DNA from: an uncultured virus (IMG/VR IMGVR_UViG_2838114448_000008)
Lineage: Duplodnaviria > Heunggongvirae > Uroviricota > Caudoviricetes
Virus record (IMG/VR): IMGVR_UViG_2838114448_000008
Length of the DNA: 64,000 bases
Strand: one strand, 5' to 3'
Part shown: positions 57,275-64,000 of the stretch, piece after piece
Layout: each line of letters opens with the position of its first letter
Position numbering within the stretch: the first letter of the stretch is position 1
Position numbers and translations under genes: made by a program
Notes under the pieces: model-generated
What the model was told of the DNA's origin: nothing
Seen by the model: only the letters and a program-made list of their open reading frames with translations
Databases searched by the model: none

Positions 57275-57289
57275 CACTTCGTGAACAAC
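57275..57289 (+). repeat. attR core CACTTCGTGAACAAC
   Basis: Exact repeat of 3893-3907. Confidence 0.93.
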
Positions 57290-57358
57290 ATGATGAGCCA
57301 GGGCGCGGTGCTGATCGACGGGGCCGGCGTGGCCTCCCTGCCCTGCCACGAAGACTGA
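57290..57358 (+). pseudogene. Separated 3' end of the resident major capsid gene (MMSQGAVLIDGAGVASLPCHED*)
   Basis: In frame with the HFVNN core; followed by a terminator. Confidence 0.88.
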
Positions 57359-57386
57359 TCCCCCTCTCGCCGATCCCCCAGTCGTG

Positions 57387-57427
57387 CGCCCGCGTGTCGT
57401 CCGGTCCCGAACCGCGCGGGCGTTTTT
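57387..57427 (+). terminator. Putative terminator after the resident capsid gene
   Basis: CGCCCGCG/CGCGGGCG stem (long loop) followed by TTTTT. Confidence 0.5.
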
Positions 57428-57448
57428 GCCTCCGAAGGAGACCCCGCC

Positions 57449-57691
57449 ATGGCCTTTGCCCCTCAGGATCTGTCGGTGCTCTGTTACGCCAACGGCTTCA
57501 CGCTCTGGCACTACACCACCGACGACACCGCCGCCGCCGTCACCGGCGCCCGGTATTTCGATCCGGCCGCGCCCTATGTACGCGTCGGCGATGTGATGAT
57601 CTGCAACACCGATACGGATGGGACGCCCGGCGCGGCGCTCTACCGCGTGGCGGGCAACGCCGACGGCGCGGTCAGCGTGGCGGCGGTGTAG
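57449..57691 (+). CDS. Small protein of the resident cluster (capsid-associated candidate)
   Basis: AAGGAG RBS; LSVLCYANGFTLWHY...YF...VGD; follows the capsid gene. Confidence 0.7.
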   Translation: MAFAPQDLSVLCYANGFTLWHYTTDDTAAAVTGARYFDPAAPYVRVGDVMICNTDTDGTPGAALYRVAGNADGAVSVAAV

Positions 57692-57720
57692 GCCCCCCGA
57701 CCCATTCCGCGCCGCACCAC

Positions 57721-57748
57721 ACCCCGCCCCTCACCGGGCGGGGTTTCT
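57721..57748 (+). terminator. Rho-independent terminator-like hairpin
   Basis: ACCCCGCCC/GGGCGGGGT stem followed by TTCT. Confidence 0.55.
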
Positions 57749-57796
57749 GTGTGCGCGTCTCAATCCACGCGCCCGCGCCAGAGGAGGACCCCCGCC

Positions 57797-58366
57797 ATGC
57801 CCCTGTCCGCCGTCGCCCTGTGTTCCCGCGCGCTCATCGCGATCGGCGCCGGCCCGCTCACCAGCCTGGACGACGGCACCGCCGAGGCCCAGGTGGCCGG
57901 CGCCCTGTACCCTGGTGTGCGCGACGCCCTGCTGTCGGCGCACCCCTGGACCTTCGCCACCGCGCAGACCGCCCTGGCGCGGCTGTCGGAGGTGCCGGCG
58001 GCCGACTTCGCCCATGCCTACCGGCTGCCCGGGAACCACCTGCGCACCCTGTCGGCCGGCGCGGGTGGAAGCGGGAGGGGGCTGGTCTACCGTCAGGCCG
58101 AGGCGCGGCTGTGGACCGACGCCCCCGCCGTGACCCTGACCTACATCTTCCGCCCGGACGAAAGCGCCTTTCCCGCGCCCTTCGTCGAGGCCCTGGCGGC
58201 GCGGCTGGCCGCCGCGTTCTGCCTGCCGCTGACCGAAAGCACCAGCCGGGCGCAGCTTCTCCATCAGCTGGCGGAGGATGCGGTGCGCGCCGCCCGCCTG
58301 ATCGACAGCCAGCAGGACACCCCGCCCGCGCTCGCCCACTTCCCGCTGGTGGAGGTGCGCGGATGA
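57797..58366 (+). CDS. Tail tubular protein A (adaptor), T7 gp11-like
   Basis: LCSRALIAIGA..L.SL, LLSAHPWTFA, FVEALAARLAA. Confidence 0.85.
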   Translation: MPLSAVALCSRALIAIGAGPLTSLDDGTAEAQVAGALYPGVRDALLSAHPWTFATAQTALARLSEVPAADFAHAYRLPGNHLRTLSAGAGGSGRGLVYRQAEARLWTDAPAVTLTYIFRPDESAFPAPFVEALAARLAAAFCLPLTESTSRAQLLHQLAEDAVRAARLIDSQQDTPPALAHFPLVEVRG

Positions 58367-60267
58367 CCCGGGTCAACGTCACCCAGACCAACTTCACCGC
58401 CGGCGAGCTGTCGCCCGATCTGTATGGCCGCTCGGACCTGCGCGCCTACGTCAACGGCGCGGCCCGGCTGCGCAACGTGTTCCTGCGCCCGACCGGCGGC
58501 GTGGCGCGCCGCGACGGGCTGCGCCACCTCGCCACCCTGCCGGGGCGCGCCCGGCTGATCGCGTTCACGTTCAACAGCGAGCAAACCTACCTGCTGGTGT
58601 TCACCGACGGCCGCATGGATGTCTACCTCGACGGCGTGAAGGCCTTCCACACCGCGACCCCCTGGGACGCCTGGCACCTGCCCGGGCTGTCGTGGACCCA
58701 GATGGCCGATACGCTTCTGGTCGTCCATCCGGAGACCGCGCCCCGGCGCATCACCCGGGCCTCGCACACAAGCTGGACCATCCGCACCTGGACCTATCCC
58801 AACGAGGGCCAACGCTATTTCGAGCCCTATTACCGCTTCGCCAACCCGCTCATCAGCCTGACCCCCTCGGACGTCGTGGGCGCCATCACGTTGACCGCGT
58901 CCTCGCCCGTGTTCGCCCCGGCCCATGTGGGCACCCGCCTGCTCCTGCGGGGCAAGCCGGTCTCCATCACCGGCTATACGGCGGCCGACGCGGTCACGGC
59001 GACCCTGCACGAGGAGATCGAGAACGCCTATGCCACCCGCGACTGGGTAGAACAGGCGCTGTCGCCCGTGCACGGCTATGCCCGCAGCGTCACGTTCCAC
59101 CAGAACCGGCTGGTGATCGGCGGCTCGCGCGACGTGCCGCATCATCTGTGGATGTCGAAGGTGGGCGACCTGTTCAACTTCGACACCGGCGAGGGGCTGG
59201 ACGACGAGGCCATCTCCTTCGATCTGCTGTCGGACCAGCTCAACGCCATCCGCGCCGTGTTCTCGGCCGGGGACCTGGAGGTGTTCACGTCCGGCGCGGA
59301 ATGGACCATCAGCGGCAGCCCCCTGACCCCGGGCGCGCTGACCGCCCGCCGCCAAACCCGGATCGGTACCCTGGGGCCGCACACCGTGCCGCCGCGCCGC
59401 GTGGACGGAGCCACCCTGTTCGTGGGCGCGACCGGGCGCGACCTGCGGGAGTACCTATTCACCGACCTGGAGAACGCCTATCAGGCCGCCGACCTCGCCC
59501 TGCTGGCCCGGCACCTGATCCACGATCCGGTGGACATGGACTACGACCCGGTGCGGCGGCTGCTGCATCTGGTGCGGTCCGATGGCCGGCTGGCCACGAT
59601 GACGAACTACCGCGCGGAAAAGGTCACCGCCTGGACCCTGCAGGAGACGGACGGCGCCATTCAGGCCGTCGCGGAGGTGGGCGGCGCGGTCTATGTCGCC
59701 GTGGAGCGCGCCAACGGGGTGAGCCTGGAGCGGTTCGACCCGGCCCTGGCCCTGGACGCCGCCCTGCCCGGACAGGCGACGACACCGCGCACCACCTGGA
59801 GCGGCCTCGGTAATCTGGAGGGCCGCACCGTGCGCGTGCTGGCCGATGGCAACGATGTCGGTTCGGCCGTGGTCGCGGGCGGGGCGATCACCCTGGAGGG
59901 CCCCGCCCGCGATGTCGTCGTCGGCCTGCCCTTCACGCACGAGATCGCCCCGCTTCCCCCGTCAGTGTCCGGCGGGCGCGGCGGCGGCCCGGGCACGTTG
60001 GTCCGCCTGATCCGGGCCACGCTGCGGCTTCAGGACACCGCCGCGCTGTGGCTGGACACCGGCGCCGGCCCCTCGATCCAGCCGTTCCGCGCCTTCGGCG
60101 GCGGGCCCGTCCTCGACCAGCCACCCCGGCCCCTGTCCGGGGACCTGTCCGTCCGCGCGCTCGGCTGGCAACGCGACCCGATGGTGCCCCTGTGGCGGGT
60201 GATCCAGGACGCCCCCCTGCCCTGCACCGTTCTCAGCGCCACCCTTGAAGTAAAGGTCACCGACTGA
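58363..60267 (+). CDS. Tail tubular protein B (nozzle), T7 gp12-like
   Basis: NFTAGELSP...R.DL..Y, GGV.RR.G, FHQNRL, AYQAADL, PLPCTVL. Confidence 0.88.
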   Translation: MTRVNVTQTNFTAGELSPDLYGRSDLRAYVNGAARLRNVFLRPTGGVARRDGLRHLATLPGRARLIAFTFNSEQTYLLVFTDGRMDVYLDGVKAFHTATPWDAWHLPGLSWTQMADTLLVVHPETAPRRITRASHTSWTIRTWTYPNEGQRYFEPYYRFANPLISLTPSDVVGAITLTASSPVFAPAHVGTRLLLRGKPVSITGYTAADAVTATLHEEIENAYATRDWVEQALSPVHGYARSVTFHQNRLVIGGSRDVPHHLWMSKVGDLFNFDTGEGLDDEAISFDLLSDQLNAIRAVFSAGDLEVFTSGAEWTISGSPLTPGALTARRQTRIGTLGPHTVPPRRVDGATLFVGATGRDLREYLFTDLENAYQAADLALLARHLIHDPVDMDYDPVRRLLHLVRSDGRLATMTNYRAEKVTAWTLQETDGAIQAVAEVGGAVYVAVERANGVSLERFDPALALDAALPGQATTPRTTWSGLGNLEGRTVRVLADGNDVGSAVVAGGAITLEGPARDVVVGLPFTHEIAPLPPSVSGGRGGGPGTLVRLIRATLRLQDTAALWLDTGAGPSIQPFRAFGGGPVLDQPPRPLSGDLSVRALGWQRDPMVPLWRVIQDAPLPCTVLSATLEVKVTD

Positions 60268-60998
60268 TGGCTCAGTTCGCCACCGCCTTTGTGCCCTTCG
60301 CGCTTCAGGCCGCCACCAGCGCCTGGCAGCAGTACGAATACTACGACCGGTATCAGCGCCAGCAGCAGGCGCAGGCGGCCGCCGATCAGGCCGGCGCCCA
60401 GGCTGCGCGGCAGCAGGCCGAGGCGCAGGCCACCCGAACCGCCGACAGCGCCACCCAAGCCAACCGCGCCGCCTGGCAGGAGCACGACGCCTGGGCCGCC
60501 CAGCGCGACCGCGACAGCGCCGCCGCCGTCACCGCGCTGAACCGGGATTTTGCCCGCACGGAGTTGGAGCGCGCCGATGCCCTGCGCCGGCAGGCGGCGA
60601 CCGAACGCGCCCGTTTCGCCGGCATGGGGTTGGATGCGGCGGCCGGCTCCGCCCGCGCGGTGCTGTCCGGCCTAACGCAGGAGGCCGCGACCCAGACCCG
60701 GCGCGACGCCGACACGCTCACCCAGCGGACGGGCGACCTGAACCGGGACGCCCGCGCCGACATCGCCGCCGGCTGGGACGCGACGGCGCGGGAGACCGCC
60801 GACCGCGCACACGCGGCCAACCTCGACATCTGGCAGCGTCAGGTAGACCTCGACAGCGCCCTGTATGCGCGCGGGGTGCGTCAGGACGCGTTCGCCCAGC
60901 GCGATCTGCTCGACCTGTCGGTCAGCCACCAGCGCGCCGCACTCGGCCTTGTCGACGCCGGCATCGGTGCAGTCGGGGCCTACGCGCGGCGCCGCTAA
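60267..60998 (+). CDS. Internal virion protein-like
   Basis: Ala/Gln coiled coil with RARFAGMG....GSA.AVL; TGATG-coupled. Confidence 0.6.
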   Translation: MAQFATAFVPFALQAATSAWQQYEYYDRYQRQQQAQAAADQAGAQAARQQAEAQATRTADSATQANRAAWQEHDAWAAQRDRDSAAAVTALNRDFARTELERADALRRQAATERARFAGMGLDAAAGSARAVLSGLTQEAATQTRRDADTLTQRTGDLNRDARADIAAGWDATARETADRAHAANLDIWQRQVDLDSALYARGVRQDAFAQRDLLDLSVSHQRAALGLVDAGIGAVGAYARRR

Positions 60999-61046
60999 GC
61001 CGCCGTCACCACCCCCCCCCAGAGGTTCCCCGGAGGAGTCCCAACC

Positions 61047-62276
61047 ATGACCGCGCCGATCCAGATCGGGGACACGCGCCCCCGCGTCCAGTACGTGGGG
61101 GACGGCGCCCAGACCGCGTTTGCCTATCCATTTGCGGTGGACGACGCCGACGCCCTCCACGTCTATGTGAACGAGATCCGCATCACCACCGGCTTTGCCG
61201 TGGACGGGATCGGCGCGGTGGAAGGCGGCACCGTCACCTTTGCCGTCCCGCCCGCCGCCGGGAGTCGCGTCACGCTGCTGCGCCAGCTCGGGCTCGGCCG
61301 GGTCACCGTGTTCCAGCCCGGCGGGCCGTTGCGGGCCGAGGCCTTGAACGACGCGCTGGACCACCTGACGGCGGTGGACCAGCAGCTTGATGACGCCATC
61401 CGCCGCACGGTCCGGTTGGCGCCGGGCGCCGCCGAGACCGCCGACCTGACCCTGCCGGAGCCGCAGGCCGGGGCCGTGTTGGGCTGGGACGCCACCGCCA
61501 CCGGGCTGGTGAACGCGGTGCCCGGTGGGGTCTCGGCCTTGCCAGCCGACCTGGAGGGGCTGCTGCGCCGACACACCGCGCGCGCCGAGGCCTGGGCGGA
61601 AGACGCCGCCGTGTCGGCGTGGCGGGCCGGCCTGCGCGACGCTGGCAGCGCGGGTGGGATCCAACCGGACGCACCGCTGGTCGCGGCCAGCCTGACCACG
61701 ACGGGAAACATCACGGTCGGGGGCGCGCTGACGGTGGAGGGGGCCACGCTGTCGGCCTGGGGCCGCACGCTGCTGACCGCCGAGAATGCGGCGGCGGGGC
61801 GCACGGCGCTCGGGCTCGGCCCGGTCGCGACCGCCGACCGCACCGCCTTCGCCACCGCCCTGCAGGGTACAACCGCCGACACCGCCCTTCAGCCAGGGGA
61901 TGACGCGACCCTGGGCCTGCTGGACTACACCGCCGGCCGGCCCCGGGCGCACACCGCGACGGTCCGCGCCGCGCACACCGTGACCCTGACCGAGGGCGAG
62001 ATTCAGACCCTCACCCTGACCACCGACACCGTCCTGACGCTGCCGGACCCGCCGGCCGGACGCGGGGCGTCGATGCTCCTCGTCCTGATCCAGGACGGCA
62101 CGGGGGGACGCACGCCCGCGCTCCGGACGGCGGACGGCGCTCCGCTGCGCTGGCTCGGCAGGAGCGCCCCGTCCTGGCAGACCGCCGCCGGCGCGTTCGA
62201 CGTCGTGGCCGTCACGCACGCGGGCGCCGTGTCGTTCGCGGCCCATATCGGGGCCCATATCGGGGAAAACGCCTGA
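61047..62276 (+). CDS. Tail fibre protein with T7 gp17-like N-terminal anchor
   Basis: YVGDGAQTAFAYPF...VTFAVPPAAG..VTLLR...LNDALDHLT; C-terminal LIQDGTGGRT domain. Confidence 0.8.
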   Translation: MTAPIQIGDTRPRVQYVGDGAQTAFAYPFAVDDADALHVYVNEIRITTGFAVDGIGAVEGGTVTFAVPPAAGSRVTLLRQLGLGRVTVFQPGGPLRAEALNDALDHLTAVDQQLDDAIRRTVRLAPGAAETADLTLPEPQAGAVLGWDATATGLVNAVPGGVSALPADLEGLLRRHTARAEAWAEDAAVSAWRAGLRDAGSAGGIQPDAPLVAASLTTTGNITVGGALTVEGATLSAWGRTLLTAENAAAGRTALGLGPVATADRTAFATALQGTTADTALQPGDDATLGLLDYTAGRPRAHTATVRAAHTVTLTEGEIQTLTLTTDTVLTLPDPPAGRGASMLLVLIQDGTGGRTPALRTADGAPLRWLGRSAPSWQTAAGAFDVVAVTHAGAVSFAAHIGAHIGENA

Positions 62277-63163
62277 TGCCCGGCAACGCCATCCCGCGCA
62301 CCATCCCCGTGTTCATCCGACCCGCCAGCGGGGATCGGCTCGATCTGGTCACGGCCGGGGTGATCCAGCCGGCCGCCACGTTCTCGCGGGCCTCCGCGGC
62401 GATCCTGTGGGACGGCACCGCGTTCCGGGCGGTCGATCCCGACGTCCCGCGCGTCGAAGGTGGCGCGCTGGTCATCGAGCGCGCCGCAACCAACAGCGCG
62501 TACCACGCGACGGACATAGGGGCGCTCTCGTCCAGCTCCGCGATCATCACCCCACGCGACGCCTTCGGGGTCGGGGCCTGGGCCACGCTGACCGCCAACG
62601 CCGACGGGTCGGCCCTGCTGATCGGCAGCGCCGACGGCATGACGGTCGGGGAGACCTACACGTTCTCCTGCTACGTCCGCGCGGGGACACGCGACCACAT
62701 CTTTTTGCAGGGTCGGCAAAGCGGGTATCCGAAAACGATCTTCGACCTCGCGGCGGGCGCAATCAGCGCCGAAGCGTCCGAGTACACCAGTGCCATCACA
62801 CCGCTTGGCAACGCCGTCTTTCGCTGTTCCATCCGGTTTGTTTCGGACACCGCGGGATCCTACATCGTCGCGCTTGGCTTCACGGCACAGACCGGGGACT
62901 CGGTCGACGTTTACGGCCGGCAGCTTGAGCGCGGGCCCGGCCCCACGTCCCTGATCGCGACCAGCCGCGGGTCCGCGACGCGCGCCGCCGACGTCCTGAG
63001 CCACAGGCCCACAACGGCCGGCACCGTGCACCTGATCGGCACCGCCGCCGACGGCACCGCGTACCCGGCGGACACCCCCGGCACCGCCCCGGTCACCGCC
63101 GGCATCCCCTGGACCGCCCCACCCGGCCGCTGGTCCGACGTGTGGGTCACGCCCGCCGCCTGA
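62276..63163 (+). CDS. Head spike/fibre-domain protein of the resident element
   Basis: Paralog of 25597-26535 with a different N-terminus. Confidence 0.7.
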   Translation: MPGNAIPRTIPVFIRPASGDRLDLVTAGVIQPAATFSRASAAILWDGTAFRAVDPDVPRVEGGALVIERAATNSAYHATDIGALSSSSAIITPRDAFGVGAWATLTANADGSALLIGSADGMTVGETYTFSCYVRAGTRDHIFLQGRQSGYPKTIFDLAAGAISAEASEYTSAITPLGNAVFRCSIRFVSDTAGSYIVALGFTAQTGDSVDVYGRQLERGPGPTSLIATSRGSATRAADVLSHRPTTAGTVHLIGTAADGTAYPADTPGTAPVTAGIPWTAPPGRWSDVWVTPAA

Positions 63164-63215
63164 CCCGCCTCCCCCCTCCATCCATTCCGTCCTGCTAGTT
63201 GCCATGGAGACCGGC

Positions 63216-64000
63216 ATGACCGCCCTCTATCCTACGGTCCATCTGCTCGCCCGCCCCGACGTCACGCCGTCCGGCCTGACGATCGCCCGAACGTCCCCGG
63301 CGACGCGGATGACCGCGTTCGGCCGGGTGGAGCGCGTTCCGGCGGACACCCTGCGCCACGATTATGATCCGCACACCGGCGCCTATCGGGGTTGGCTGAT
63401 CGAGGCGGCGCGCCGCAACGCGCTCCTGTATTCCGAAAGCCTTACCCACGGTCTGTGGATCGCCCGCGCCGCCAGCGTCCGTGTCGCGGATGTCCCGGCC
63501 CCGGACGGCCTCAGCGCGGCCTTTACGCTGACCGAGACGGCCGGCACCGCCATCCACACTCTGTACCAGGAGGACCGGTCGTTCACCGCCGGGCAGACCT
63601 ATGCGCTGTCGGTGTTCGCGCGCGCCAACGGACGGGAACGGCTTCAACTCGTGCTGCCCTCGACCGCGTTCGGCGCGGTCCAATCCGCCGTGTTCGACCT
63701 AACGACCGGCACCATCGGCTTTGTCGAGGGCGCCGCGATCCCCACGCTGGAGGCCCTGGCCGACGGCTGGTACCGCTGCGCCATCACCGCAACCGCCGCC
63801 ACCACGGTGACTATCGCGCCGGTGCATCTGCGACTGCGCGATCCCGGCGGCAGTTCCACCTACGCCGGGGACGGCACCCGCGGCGTCCTGCTGTGGGGCG
63901 TCCAGCTTGAGGCCGGGTCGGGCGCCACCAGCTACATTGCCACCACATCGGCCCCCGCCGCCCGCGATGCGGATCGGATGAGCCTGCCCCTCGCCGGCCG
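63216..64000 (+). CDS. Second spike/fibre-domain protein, truncated by the window end
   Basis: Own translation: MTALYPT...LRHDYDPHTG..RGWLIEAARRNALL.SE...GWYRC...WGVQLEAG..ATSYI.T; no stop seen before the end. Confidence 0.65.
   Translation, partial: MTALYPTVHLLARPDVTPSGLTIARTSPATRMTAFGRVERVPADTLRHDYDPHTGAYRGWLIEAARRNALLYSESLTHGLWIARAASVRVADVPAPDGLSAAFTLTETAGTAIHTLYQEDRSFTAGQTYALSVFARANGRERLQLVLPSTAFGAVQSAVFDLTTGTIGFVEGAAIPTLEALADGWYRCAITATAATTVTIAPVHLRLRDPGGSSTYAGDGTRGVLLWGVQLEAGSGATSYIATTSAPAARDADRMSLPLAG

Larger units (their letters stand above)
3893..57289. mobile_element. Temperate podovirus-type prophage (~53.4 kb) integrated in the resident capsid gene
   Basis: Bounded by att direct repeats; contains int, xis, cI/cro, replication, terminase, portal, capsid, tailspike, ejection and lysis modules with no obvious frameshifts. 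Confidence 0.93.

Noticed and set aside
57175..58362. N-terminal 396 aa of the 1030-aa ORF
   Set aside because: It crosses attR and overlaps three better-supported coding segments in other frames; the tube B start is ATG 58363.
25719..63147. Diversity-generating retroelement template/variable repeat pair
   Set aside because: No reverse transcriptase in the window; the repeat is ~800 bp, both copies are coding, and mismatches are not confined to adenines.

Overview
High-GC, alphaproteobacterial-looking DNA (probably Rhodospirillales; inference) containing two nested phage-derived elements. (1) The outer, resident element is a compact T7/BPP-1-type podovirus structural cluster: Pro-rich protein, head-tail connector, Bbp19-like protein, scaffold and major capsid at 1-3907, resuming at 57275 with the capsid C-terminus, tail tubular proteins A and B, an internal virion protein and fibre/spike genes to the window end. 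It shows no replication or lysogeny genes here and may be a domesticated, GTA-like element. (2) A complete-looking ~53.4 kb temperate podophage (3893-57289) is inserted inside the capsid gene of that cluster. A perfect 15-bp direct repeat CACTTCGTGAACAAC (3893-3907 and 57275-57289) encodes HFVNN in the capsid frame, and excision would restore a 272-aa capsid ending MMSQGAVLIDGAGVASLPCHED*. The prophage has int/xis, a recombination module, a lambdoid cI/cro switch with TGCGCA-N4-TGCGCA operators, a TA pair, two DNA methylases, replication genes, terminase, P22-like portal, DUF4043-type capsid, tailspikes, ejection proteins including a 2901-aa polyvalent protein, a lysis cassette, and an AT-rich PRTase+DprA (ShosTA-like) moron. 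Two further signals stand out: an 18-bp motif TGAGCGYRACGGGACATC precedes five late modules, and an ungapped ~804-bp fibre/spike coding segment (~82% aa identity by hand count) is shared between the invading phage and the element it disrupts. All functional calls come from motif recognition and synteny; no database search was run.
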